A DNA stretch of 62,209 nucleotides, the filler included. It is 13 parts of 13 records of this genome, joined end to end, with 100 filler letters (N's around TTAATTAATTAA, not from the genome) between each part and the next. Parts side by side here need not be neighbours in the genome. Positions count along the whole stretch, not along the records: positions 1 to 4,050 come from SRR15195285_6495; positions 4,151 to 7,606 come from SRR15195285_6496; positions 7,707 to 11,815 come from SRR15195285_6506; 10 more parts are not named here. One strand, 5' to 3'. The position numbers and the translations under genes are program-made. Below, piece after piece: positions 1 through 11,206 of this stretch (positions within the stretch are counted from its first letter, which is position 1; each line of letters opens with the position of its first letter). The notes under the pieces were generated by a model. The model saw only the letters and a list, made by a program, of their open reading frames with translations. It made no database searches and was not told where the DNA came from.

Positions 1-232
1 CGCCTCACCTCGGGCGTAGCACTCATACGCGCGCGCGCACGCCCGCCGCCGTCGGCGACGCGATACATACTAGTACGCGGCGCGATACCCCCGGCGCGCG
101 CCCCGCGTACCACGCGTACACAGCTAGTACATACACGCGCTGTCCGCTGGCTACGTATACACGTACGCGGTCGAGCGGATACAACGCCATCGGTCGTTCA
201 GCAGCGTGACGACGATCAGCTCGCGACACAGC

Positions 233-3200
233 ATGGGAGCGTCACGCCCGGTGGCACTCATCATCGGATGTGTATGCATGACTCTCGGCGCGTCTCTGCA
301 CACGATCACTGGAGCTGGTGCTCCCTCCTATCCGTGGTCGGCGCCGGATGCTCCCTACACGTGCGCTCGTATCCTCTAGATTCTCTCGAGAGCTGGAACA
401 TTCGAACAGTTGTAGAATCCCCCCTGCCCGCTGGACTGTGCAGTGTAGTTTATACAGCCACTTTACATGGACACCAAATCGATTAAGCCCTTTCCCCGGA
501 CTCTGCCCGTATCAGCGCACCACTGCGCGATCCGTTCGTTCACGCAACTACGTGGGCCTCGTGACTGCTGGTACAGGGAACTCATGGCTTTACGGATAAG
601 CTCCTCCAACACGAGCGCTTCACCTCCGGTGGCGGACTGGCCACGCGCTCCACCCGCAGCTCACGGGATCGTTCAGCTGGAAGGGGGGCGCAGCGGAGAT
701 GATTCTGGCGCATGGCTACTCTCTGAAACGGCGCTCTTCTTTGTGTCTGTCCCGGCCATGTCCAAGCCCCAGAACACAGACGAGTTCCGTGCGGCTGCGA
801 TGCCGACTTTCAATCGCGTCGAACTTTTTGCGGGTCCATCTGACAATCTAATTATGCGCCATCTAGTTGTCTCGGAGGGTGGTGAGCTCCTGGGGGTGAT
901 TGGACAGAACCACGACGATGGATGGGAGATTGCTTGGACCGAGTGCACATCTGCAAGTCGGTGCAAAGTAGACGCTATCACGAAGCTTCCATATGGGACG
1001 GTTAAGGATGTTGCATGTGGTGGCGCTTATTTGTATATTGCTACATCGCTGGGGCTCTATCGGGCGGACACAACCGTGCGCAAGCTAGAGGCGTCTCCAA
1101 TTTACCACGGCATAATGCGCTCTGTCACTGCAAGCGGCAAGCGGTTAGCTGTGGCGACGGAGGTAGAGTTGGTTGAAAGTGCAGACAGCGGCACAACATT
1201 TTCCGTCCACCCCAACCGTTATCCGATGGTCGGAACTCTGCTAGACGGCCCGCCAACTGACCTATCCTACGCGGGTGAAGAGCTATGGGTTGCGACGAAG
1301 CCTGCCATCGCCGTAGTGCACAACTATGCTTATACCAGGATTGGAGCCGCCGATGGACTTCCGTACAACAACACGCAAGTAATTGCCACTGGGTGTGGGA
1401 AGATTTGGATGGGCTCTGACAAGGGCGTGGTGGTACGAGACCTAGCGACGAGCGAATGGCAGTATCTGTACGGCCCTCGGTGGCATCCTGGCAGTGCCGT
1501 GCACACAATCGCTGCGGTTCCAGGCCCATCCACCGCTGCAGACTCGACCTCGGGGGTGATGATTCTTGGCACGGACGCGGGGCTATCCATTATATGTACG
1601 GCGCAACATTTTTGTGATGTTGCTCTGCTTGTGTGCATTTGTGTTAGCATTTGGTAGCTCACATCATTGTTCTCCTCCAACAGGGGTGGACGACACGTGG
1701 TCACTAGAGAGAAAAGCCAAATGGTATGCTCCGGTGATGAATCGCCACAATCGATTGGGCCTTTTGTCGGATTGTACTTTGACAGATCCAGGAAACCGCT
1801 CATCGTGCTATCTTCATGATTCAGACAACGACGGTTTATGGACGTCTCTCAATGTCGTTGGCGAAGCGTTCCGATATGCCGTGCAGCAGACACCGGAGGC
1901 TAAACAAAGCGCTTGGAAGCACTTCGAAGGTTTGCTCCTTCTAAATCGTGTGACTGGAATCAAAGGGTTGATGGCCCGTAGCTTAGTCAGCGTTGACAAT
2001 ATGGACTGTCAGTCTGGTCCCTGTGACAAAGACCACGTCTGGCCAAAACATGACCCGCCGACGCAAAAGGGTGGGCGGCCTTGCAACTGGGTAAACTCTT
2101 CGTCTATCAGTAGCCTGAAATGGAAGTGTGACACGAGCAATGACGAGGTAGTTGGGCACTACTTCGCGTATTTGACTGTTGCTGAGCTGCTGGCCGAAAC
2201 TGTTGAGGAGAAGGCGACTGTCACCTCGCTGGTCGACAACATTACTAGTACAATCGTCAAGAACAACTACACGCTCGTAGACATAACTGGCAAGGTCACC
2301 ACGTGGGGAAACTTTGACCCAGTCGAGATTACCGGTTTTTTGCTCACAGCCCACCGGATCACGGGTAAGCAAGAGTATATGGAAGCACTGGAACCACTCC
2401 TTCAAAAGGCTGGCGACTATGCGATTGGATTTCCAACTGCAATCGCCAACGGCCAGATTGCCGTGCCAGAGTGCGTGTCCAAAACACTCTCGACCTGGCA
2501 CGGCTTAGAACTGATCTTTGTGTCGTGTGGTCGGCTTGGATCAGGTCGTACAACTTCAGTGATGACGAGCTGGATTTTTTGGCGTGCCTTGTCCAATCAA
2601 TGATGCTGCATTGAAGCAGATGGGTTGCTGTTGTTTAGTGTGGTAAGCAAAGTTTGTTTTGCGAAGGTAGTTCCTAACTTCGCGTGTAATTCCGAAGGTT
2701 TTGGAACTTGCTAATGGGAGCCATGGACAACAACTCAACCGTTGTCCAAGTTGCGAGAAGGGGTATCGCTCGGTCTTGGGACATAATCTCCGAAGAGCGC
2801 GCGGGTATATGGTAGGTTCCATGAGCAATTGCAGGATTTTCATATGCAACAATTCATGCTGCTTGTTCTTGCACGCAGGAATGTGATGGCGATTGCAGCA
2901 TTGATGAAGACAGGTGGCATTCCTGAAGCCCCAAGAGGAATTGGCCGCAGCCGTGATCCAGGTGGGGGCGCACCGACACAATCATTTGCGACTCAACAAC
3001 GCAGTAGCGCGCAGCATAGCAGCATAGTGTTCGACTGCCACAGACACGGGGACTCTGCGGGCTTCTAACTCAAGATGACTGTGTGTAACCACAGCGACGG
3101 CAGTACAGGACACATTGTGGAATTTGCGCACGTGGCCGCTGGAATGGGTCGAGTGGGCAACGAACAACACGCACCGCCTCGATATCTACTACCAAAAAGA

Positions 3201-3650
3201 TTCGCATAGCCGTGACCAGGGCCTGCTGACCACTCCGCTCCCGAATAACGAGCGCAACCAGGCAAGTCGATTGGCGTTGAAAGTCACTAAGTTTGTGTCA
3301 CAAGATTTCAGTTGTTGATCCCCTGTGCGGAAATCCTTTGTGCTGAACTCATGATCGTGCTCGTGCTACTGACTGTTCGCGCAGTTTCGATGGAATGGCC
3401 CAGCCTACTCGCTTGGTGCGGATGCAACCACCATCGACCATGGACCGCAGTTTACTCCATGCATACGCAGTGCAAATAGTCGCTCCTTCAGGCACATAAT
3501 TTTCTTTTGTCCTCGTTCGCTTGTATGACAGGTTCAAACGGCGACATTAGTAAAGGTGCGATTGGCGGAGTAACGGAGATTGATACAGGAGCTTGGGTTT
3601 GCCCGTATTGGATGGCGCGCTATTACGGAATCATTACCGCACCGCCGTAG
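233..3650 (+). CDS. Secreted uncharacterised protein: beta-propeller-like N-terminal half plus probable (alpha/alpha)6 toroid domain; about 10 exons
   Basis: ATG at 233 gives a signal peptide (MGASRPVALIIGCVCMTLGA). Propeller-like repeats (ELWVAT, DGLPYNN, KIWMGSDKG, WQYLYGPRW). Spliced downstream motifs DSDNDGLWT, GLMARS, WKCDTSNDEVVGH, NFSDDELDFL, LRTWPLEWVEW, ERNQ/FRWNG and a terminal PYWMARYYGII ending at TAG 3648-3650. Introns include 1596-1683, 2471-2544, 2584-2697, 2962-3094 and 3262-3384. Confidence 0.8.
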
Positions 3651-4050
3651 TGACGCTACGTGCGCTAACGAGCGTGTTAGCTACGTTAGGACGCGGCATC
3701 AGCTAGCTAAATCGGAGGCGCGAGGTTGGCGGACCGGTCGCGAGCGTGACCACTTCGCTTTTGGTCGTCTGTCAAATGATTCACTGTCACATCTGGTGTT
3801 ATGTCTATTCAGACTCGGTCACCCTGGTTACTCGTGGATGCCCACAGAGTCCCCTCACGGAGACTGGAGCCAATGGTGTAGCCGAGCAGACCGTACAGCA
3901 TCCTCGTCAATTGGGCCCGCCAGCGTCTGCCTAGCTAGCTTCATCAACTTCTAGCGCCCGCTGATACTCTTCATCCCGCTCCGGTCGGACTGTACTATAG
4001 CCCTCTCAGACTCGTGACCGTCATCACGTTCTCGGTTCTGTTCCATTGAT

Positions 4051-4150
4051 NNNNNNNNNNNNNNNNNNNNNNNNNNNNNNNNNNNNNNNNNNNNTTAATT
4101 AATTAANNNNNNNNNNNNNNNNNNNNNNNNNNNNNNNNNNNNNNNNNNNN
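4051..4150. other. Artificial contig linker (first of 12; others at 7607-7706, 11816-11915, 17955-18054, 22009-22108, 27265-27364, 33969-34068, 37958-38057, 42183-42282, 45963-46062, 53170-53269, 57061-57160)
   Basis: Repeated 100-nt blocks of N flanking TTAATTAATTAA, which gives stops in all six frames. Genes such as CWC27 are cut off at them. Confidence 0.98.
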
Positions 4151-4429
4151 CGGGCATAAGGGCCTTATGCCTGGTGTCAGCAACACAGAAGTACTGTTGT
4201 TGTTGTCGTTGTTGTTGTTATCCATAGGACTCTCGCTTGTGCTGTTTGAACTCCCTGCTGTACAACCGCATTATCCTGCCGCTCAGTGGCAGGCCGCACG
4301 GCACTCGCCGCGCTATCTAGCCTCTGTCCTCCTAAGACCACGCGAAGTGAAGGCAAGAATGAGTGCAGGTGAGGTTCGACTGGAGCGGTACAAGCTTTCA
4401 TTCTGTGGGCAATCTCCTGCCCCACCTCG

Positions 4430-7400
4430 TTAGTTCCACGCGACCTTCTCGCCCGCTTCCAGCGAGACGGCACCCCGATGCACGGAGCTCCCGACTGCCA
4501 GATGTGTCAGCTCCAGCGAGCCTATCTTCACGAGCAGCTCGTACCCGCCGCTAGTTTTGGACAGCGTACCGAGAACGTTCGGCAGGAACCACGGTAGTGT
4601 CCACATTGCCTCAGTGAGTTTGGGATCAAATGTCAGCGAGCCGCGCGGAAGGTCCGCCGTTTGGCCAGAGATCGCGTAGGGCAGGTGCCAAGCAGTCATC
4701 GCAAAGCCATAGTGCGAAGTGATCCAGCTCTGCCCATTCTGGGAGAGCCCACAAATGTTCCACAGGTCGTTGAGTTCTGACCGCCAGAGCCCGAGACTCT
4801 TCTTCGGCTGCTCTAGTGCCTCGTCGACGCCCATGAATCCGTGTCTAATGTTGATGCTCGCCCAGTTCGGGCTTGCGCCTTGCCACACTGCCTCACCTGA
4901 TCCCGTGCTCACGCCCATTTCGGATTCAACCCGTAGGCCATGCGGCGAGTCGTTCCACTTTGCCTCCGTCTCCAAGTGCCGCTTGATGTTGTCTTCCACC
5001 GCGAGCAGTGTCCCAAGACCGGAAGAGTCCGCCAGGAGCTGGCCGTACAGCGAGTCTGCCATCAAGCTCTGCGAGCGGTCGGCAGCGAAAGAGTAGTGTG
5101 GAGCACCAGTCATGTTGGTCACCCACTGCTGCTCATCAAATGCAGTCTGGCCGCGCTTCAGCGCCGTGGTGCACGTGGTCGCGAAGTCAATGTCACCCAT
5201 CACTGTGGCGAGTTCGGCGGCCGCCTTCATCGCGAGCAGGTGGAACACCGTGTTGTAGGAGACATGCTTGTATCTAGTGGGCCCCAAGATATCGTATGTG
5301 TTCTCCAGATGCTCCGGTGTGCCATCGTCCGTACTGACGTTCATCTGCCACAGTGCCGCTTTCTTGACTACTGGCCACAACTCATGCAGCGTCTTGGTGT
5401 CGTTCTGCCAACGGTACAGCTCGAGGATATACGTGATATACATAGACGAGACGTCCGACATCACGCGCCCGCAGCCCTTGTCCAAACCCGGATCTATCTT
5501 GGAAGTGCAGCCGCACGCTAGCTGCTCTGGGATCATACCGTTCGGGAGCTGTGTCGCACCCCAAGCCGCCAGCTTGTTCTTCGTGGAAGCCGGGAAAATC
5601 GAAATGTAGGGAATGTGTCGCTCGCCATCGTTGTGGACTGAGTCCACATTGACGCAATCGTACGCTTCCCACTGACGCCATTTGCCGTCCTCTTCCCACC
5701 AAGCCGATCGCACATGGCTCAGCATGTTGACCAGGATGTCTGCGAGCCACTCCGGCAGGCCTCCCTTTGCCGATGATGTCGTCTCCGGCACGCTATCGAA
5801 GAACACGCTGTGGAGCGTCGAGATGGCCTCGACCGTCTCTTCCAGGTCAAGCGATTTGGCTGCAGCCTCTGAGTCCGTATGCAGCGTTGAATACCAGTTC
5901 CCCACCCGCTCGGAAAGGTACGCGCGTTCTGGGTAGTGCCAGCCAAGTGTGATGCTCAGCGCGCGCTTCTCCCCTGCTGCGATTGCCTTCGCGTGCACTG
6001 CGACAGCTCCGTAGCCGTCACTCGCAGTCACCTTTCCAGCCATCATACCAGTTGAGCTAAACTCGGACCAGAGCTTCGCCATGCTTGGCGCGGTGGCCAC
6101 GCTGGGCATGTTCTCCGTGCCGAATCCACAGGCCGACAGGCCACCCTGAGCTGGACCTTTGCCTGGGCGGTCCAGCGTCAGGCACCCGCCGCCCACCTTG
6201 GCGTCTGTAGCATTCTTCTTTGCCACGAAGGTGCTCTTCACTCCACTGTGAGCGCCTGGCGTGTAGCGGTTGAATGGAACTGAAGTGGCCAGCGTGCAGG
6301 TGCCAGAAGCATCGAGCGTCCAGCTCGCGCATGTGGCTGAGGCTACGCACTGGGCGAGGCACTGCTCCGGCGTCGATGCTTCCACCTGCTCTCCTCCATC
6401 GGGCTGGCCTACAGGACGGGAGGACTCCGGCTCGATGCTGAATGGCAGCGTCAGGACAAAGTCCACGTCAACGGGAGTGCTGCCTGTGTTCTCAACGAGG
6501 AGCGAGAAGGCAACGGCCGGCGTGCCCGACTTATCCATGTCGCCGACGAAATACGCCGAGTAGCCGAAGAGCGACGCGTTCACGCCTTCAATCGCTGGGT
6601 CATCAACAGTCAGACGACTCATCGGGTGAGCTCCGGAGTACTTAAGCGCGGCGACACCAGGGATGCCAGCGGGCGGCGATGTGCGCAGCGACACTGCCTT
6701 GCCGCCGACGCGCATGCCAAAGACGGCATCAGGGAAAGCCCAGAATTTGGGCGCGCCAGCTGGGTAGTTGTTCCAGATAGTGAACTGCTGCAATGTACCA
6801 TCGCCACGCAGCTCCATGGAACCGGCTCCGATCCCACCGAGCGGAACTGCACTGCGTATACCGAGCGGCGGCGGCACCAAACCTGCCGGTATTTCGCTTC
6901 CGCCGCCACGGCCTGCAATCTTTCCGTAGCTGATGCCTGGTAGGCCACTGTGCGTAGGCTCAGCCTGACGGCTCTTCAGGTAGCAGCATGGGCCGTCCGC
7001 CTTGCAAGCTCCCATACCTTTTGGGGCCTTGGGTGAGAACACGAAGGCCACGCACCCCTCGTTGCTGCAACATAGAGGCAAGCAGGCCTCTGCGTCTGCG
7101 CTCGGCGGCACTACCTGCTGCAGGTCGTCGCTGTGCGAGTCCATCTCCGGCTGGATCGCGCCGTCCAGCTTGCAGCTCGCTGGGGGAGTGTGGCCGTGGC
7201 TGTGGTTGTTGACAAATGGAAAACCACACTTTTGCCGTGAGGCCCAGGAAAATTCCGGCGTTGTGACGTTCTCCGGTTCAAGGTATCCACACGGCACGTC
7301 GGCGACCGTGATCGCAGTGCCGCTGCGCGTCACACCCTCGTTGTGGAAGACCATCGCCGCGAGCTGCTCGGCCAATCCCGCCGGCGCAGCAGCAGCATCA

Positions 7401-7459
7401 GCAGCAGCGCTGTCCACGGCGATCAGGAGCATCGCCATCCCTCCTCCCGCTCGCACCAT
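4430..7459 (-). CDS. Glycoside hydrolase family 116 (GBA2-like) with signal peptide and two PAN/apple modules; intronless
   Basis: GH116 N-terminal signature RSAVPLGGIGAGSMELRGDG. Catalytic-region motifs WRQWEAYDC (nucleophile Glu) and LENTYDI (acid/base Asp); C-terminal SHYG. PAN cysteine patterns CLPLCCSNEGCVAFVF..CCYLK and CLAQCVASATCASWT..CTL. Confidence 0.88.
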   Translation of the reverse strand: MVRAGGGMAMLLIAVDSAAADAAAAPAGLAEQLAAMVFHNEGVTRSGTAITVADVPCGYLEPENVTTPEFSWASRQKCGFPFVNNHSHGHTPPASCKLDGAIQPEMDSHSDDLQQVVPPSADAEACLPLCCSNEGCVAFVFSPKAPKGMGACKADGPCCYLKSRQAEPTHSGLPGISYGKIAGRGGGSEIPAGLVPPPLGIRSAVPLGGIGAGSMELRGDGTLQQFTIWNNYPAGAPKFWAFPDAVFGMRVGGKAVSLRTSPPAGIPGVAALKYSGAHPMSRLTVDDPAIEGVNASLFGYSAYFVGDMDKSGTPAVAFSLLVENTGSTPVDVDFVLTLPFSIEPESSRPVGQPDGGEQVEASTPEQCLAQCVASATCASWTLDASGTCTLATSVPFNRYTPGAHSGVKSTFVAKKNATDAKVGGGCLTLDRPGKGPAQGGLSACGFGTENMPSVATAPSMAKLWSEFSSTGMMAGKVTASDGYGAVAVHAKAIAAGEKRALSITLGWHYPERAYLSERVGNWYSTLHTDSEAAAKSLDLEETVEAISTLHSVFFDSVPETTSSAKGGLPEWLADILVNMLSHVRSAWWEEDGKWRQWEAYDCVNVDSVHNDGERHIPYISIFPASTKNKLAAWGATQLPNGMIPEQLACGCTSKIDPGLDKGCGRVMSDVSSMYITYILELYRWQNDTKTLHELWPVVKKAALWQMNVSTDDGTPEHLENTYDILGPTRYKHVSYNTVFHLLAMKAAAELATVMGDIDFATTCTTALKRGQTAFDEQQWVTNMTGAPHYSFAADRSQSLMADSLYGQLLADSSGLGTLLAVEDNIKRHLETEAKWNDSPHGLRVESEMGVSTGSGEAVWQGASPNWASINIRHGFMGVDEALEQPKKSLGLWRSELNDLWNICGLSQNGQSWITSHYGFAMTAWHLPYAISGQTADLPRGSLTFDPKLTEAMWTLPWFLPNVLGTLSKTSGGYELLVKIGSLELTHLAVGSSVHRGAVSLEAGEKVAWN

Positions 7460-7706
7460 CGTTCCGGGCTACTTAAAGCTGACGGAATTGTGAGCGCGGG
7501 CGCTTGCTACGGCAAAATTTGTAACGGAGCAGCGGTCGGTACCAGGCTCGCGGCCCACGTGCGCGCGCGCGTGCTATATGGTACTCGCAGCCCTATTCAG
7601 ACTTCANNNNNNNNNNNNNNNNNNNNNNNNNNNNNNNNNNNNNNNNNNNNTTAATTAATTAANNNNNNNNNNNNNNNNNNNNNNNNNNNNNNNNNNNNNN
7701 NNNNNN

Positions 7707-7910
7707 AAGCCCATCGCAACCTCTCCTCCTAGGTCTCGCTGACAAGTGGCATAAGGCCTTACGCCGCTTGTCGCGCTAGGCATGCATAGGCCTAATGCTC
7801 GGGCATACGTGTATGGTCGAGTGGGCATAGTCGTAGGGTAGGGTAATTTTGAGCCCTCCTAGGTGGGCACGCCCTTAAACCGGTTACATGTACTGGTACA
7901 TGTACCGGTT
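7707..7910. repeat. Hairpin-rich repeat or TE remnant; core also at 4153-4171
   Basis: GACAAGTGGCATAAGG/CCTTACGCCGCTTGTC inverted repeat at 7741-7772. GGCATAAGGGCCTTATGCC at the start of the previous contig. CCTCCTAGGT occurs twice. Near-perfect inverted repeat at 7878-7910. Confidence 0.55.
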
Positions 7911-8308
7911 TTGTTTTGTCGGACGCGGTGGATGATCAACGCAAGATTCGCATGCATCAGATGGAGATGATGGATGGATGCATGCATGCACCTGGGCGCG
8001 CGCGCGCGGCTGCCTGGCCGCGGCGCTGCGCATGCTGCGCGATGCCGCGATCGGCTGACGTCATCGACGTCGCCCGTGCGTTGCGACGACCCCCAAGTTG
8101 TTGATTTCTTACCGGGATCATCCGTGGAAGACGACGCCCCTAATGAAGCGAAACGCCTGCGTACCGTACCCCGGGGGGTAGGCGTAGCCGCGTGATTGAG
8201 TCTCGTACACGTATACTACTAGTAGCACGCAACGGAGCGTCGCGCTCTGTCGTCCTGACTGGGGCACCAACGCGACAGTGCTGACCAGCAGCCCAGTCGG
8301 GGCAGGGC

Positions 8309-9985
8309 ATGCGGCGACCCGGGTGCAGGAAGATTGCCGGCGCTGTGTGCTGTGTGCTATCAATCGCGCTCGAGCCAAGTTGCTCTCGCGAGAGCGACCA
8401 CCAGACTGGCTCGCCGGCATGGCTGCAGGTGTCGCCTCGACCCGCGTCGCCCCGAGCCTCGTCGTGCAACGAATCGGGAACGTGCGGGTACCACGAACAG
8501 TGTAATGGGAGACAGTGTATCTGTGAGCACGGGTACAGCGGCCCAGACTGCGACAATGGTGACCTGGCAGCGCTCTCGGCATTCAGCGAACTGGCCAGAG
8601 GCCCACGTGGGCTAGTGGATGCCGTATTGGCCGCTACCTGGCGATGCCCCAGATGCATGCATCCGTGCAGCAGCAGCGGCTGGAATGACCCGCAGGTTGA
8701 ATTTGTCGGCATAATGTGCAACGGGCTGGATGGTCGGGTCAGCTACTTGAACATGCTCCCAGCGGTGCAATCAGTTGCCACACGCTGGTGTGACCTATCA
8801 GCTAGCATTGGTCCTCTCGCCAGCCTGCCGTTCATGGAGACAATTTCTCTGCAAGGCTGCACCAACGTGCACGGCAACATCCAAGTGCTAAGCGTCCTCC
8901 GCCAGCTTCGATATCTGAACTTATGCGACACTGCAGTGCACGGAGCAGTTGGATCGTTGCTGCCACTTTCACACCTCGGTGAGTTCTACCGCGCTCCGGA
9001 TGGAAGTGGCGGCACTGGACTCTTCCTCGCGCGCAGCCATGCGCATGGGCGTGTCGAGATGCTGCGCTCTCTACCGGGGCTGGCAACGTGGGGCTCGTTG
9101 CCAGATCATTTCAGCTCATGCGAAGCATGGGCCGCCCCCGCCGGGGCCGAAAACGTCCAGGCACGGCAACGTGGCTCGAGTGCCCAAGGCGAGGGCCTGT
9201 ATCACTGCATCGATGAGCACCCCGTGCTACTAGGCTGTGCGTCTTCTAAACACCCACCATCTTACCGAGCTGTACGGACTAACGTTTGCTGCGATACGAA
9301 TTGTGTTGCATGTAGCTTCATGCAATAGCACCTTAGCGTGCTCGGTAGGTAATGATGCGTGTGCTTGCTGTCCCCACGGGGCTGGCGAGTACAACGTGAG
9401 CTATGACAGTACATCCGGGGTGTGCACAGTCTCTGGATCAGATGTCCATGGCGATCAGTTTGCTTCGCGGCCTTGGACAGGCAAGCTGATCAGGGATGCA
9501 GAAGGTCTGATTTTCTTTGTGTGTGCTATACTTATATGCGGCCTACTTTGCCGTGCGGTGCGTGACGACATGCGTCACTTGCATGTGACTAAGCCACTAT
9601 CTTGAGCCATGATATGTGTGTATGTGCATGCGCATTGCAGTATGTACCTCTGAAGGGGCACCCCGTGTCGAACATCTTTGACGATTGGATGTTGCACAAT
9701 GATTTGAGGCTCAACGCAGACCCAGCTGAGAGGACTGATCGCATTGCAAGGCGAGAGGCAGAGCAGTTGCAACAACAAGCGCTTGCACCACAAACGCAGA
9801 CGCCGAGAGCTATTCGCCCCGCTGAATTTTTCTTCGATGGAACTGGCAGCGGAAGAGTTGAGCAAACACAGGGAACAATTCACGATGTTGATGGGCTTGA
9901 GCGGCGCGACGCCTCTCCACAGGTTGACGTTGGCGACGCATCGGAAACGAACAACCCGTTGCACGCGCACCCAGCCGATATCTAG
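8309..9985 (+). CDS. Type I membrane protein with EGF-like domain and leucine-rich repeats (about 3 exons)
   Basis: Hydrophobic N-terminus; EGF pattern CNESGTCGYHEQCNGRQCICEHGYSGPDC; LRRs (METISLQGCTNVHG, LRYLNLCDTAVHG, LFLARSHAHG). Intron about 9237-9348, then a CACC motif and TM LIFFVCAILICGLLC; last exon ends HAHPADI*. Confidence 0.65.
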
Positions 9986-10094
9986 GTCTCATGCTCGCGC
10001 CACGAATGTCTGAGAACGCCCGCGGACAGGCAAACCGGGATGTACAGAAAGCAATTCATGTTTGCATTGCACTGCAGACTGCTCATAATTGTGC

Positions 10095-11206
10095 TCACGA
10101 CTCCTTCGGCGCCACTGCTTCCTCTGGCGTCGCTTTCTGTAGCAGCTCTAGCAGTTTTTGATCAAGCTTCTCCTGGTCGATTCCAAAGTTCCTGATACCT
10201 TGCGCTAGCTTTTCTGTTGCCATCGCGTCTTGGTTGTGTTCCCACCTGAAGGTTGCCTCGTCCATGCTCACCTTCGGGATGTCCATCGCCTTCGCCTTCT
10301 CGACGCTTAGATTTAGTGTGATCTCGCCGTCTGTTTCTTGAAGCGCCTTCAGAAACTTCGGCGCAATGGTGAGTAGGTCGCATCCTGCTAGCTCTGTGAT
10401 CTCACCAGTGTTGCGGAAAGAAGCGCCCATCACCACAGTCTTGTAGTCGTGCTTCTTGTAGTAGTTGTATATACGAGTGACCGACTGTACGCCGGGGTCG
10501 TTCGCCAAAGTCAGGTCTGCATCAGGGTCTTTGTCTTTGTACCAATCCATGATTCGTCCGACGAATGGCGAAATCAGCGTTACCTCAGCCTCGGCACAGG
10601 CGACGGCCTGCGCGAATGAAAATAGCAGCGTGAGGTTGCAGTGTACACCATGAGTCTTCTCTAGCTCCTCGGCGGCCTTGATGCCTTCCCACGTGGAGCC
10701 AAGCTTGATCAATACGCGCTCCTTGGGGATACCCATCTTCTCATAGAGCTCGATGAACTTCAGGGCCTTGGCGACCGATGCATCCTTGTCAAACGAAAGC
10801 CGAGCATCGACCTCGGTGGAGACCCTGCCAGGGACGAGCTTGAGAATCTCTACACCAAAGTTCACACAGAGCTTGTCGCACGCGTGGACTAGCTGCTGCG
10901 CCAGGTCGGTCGATTGGGCTCGGCCGTAGTCTACGGCATCGCTCACGACGCTGGCGTACTGAGGGAGCTGACTCGCAGCATAGACCAGCGATGGGTTCGT
11001 CGTTGCGTCCTGGGGATTGAACGCAGCGATACCTAGCGAGCATGCGGCCGCAGTCTGAGTGAATACACTGCGAACACTGCAATGGCGGACGTCGGTATAC
11101 ATGCGTGTAGCGCATCCATCTGGAGGCAAGTGCGCGTACTCTCGAAGTCTCCCGTGTCTGCCACGACAGTGGTGTGCGCCTTGAGCCCCTCCAGCTGGTT
11201 GGGCAT
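10095..11206 (-). CDS. TAL1: Transaldolase (2 exons)
   Basis: [22 protein letters not shown], then intron 11033-11139 (GTACGC..CTAG), then [22 protein letters not shown], Schiff-base Lys in [34 protein letters not shown]. Confidence 0.97.

Noticed and set aside
2880-3120. Apparent frameshift in the first gene
   Set aside because: Resolved by a phase-1 intron at 2962-3094 that restores TAVQDTLWNLRTWP.
7830-7846. TAGGGTAGGG as a telomeric repeat
   Set aside because: Only two units, and internal to the contig.
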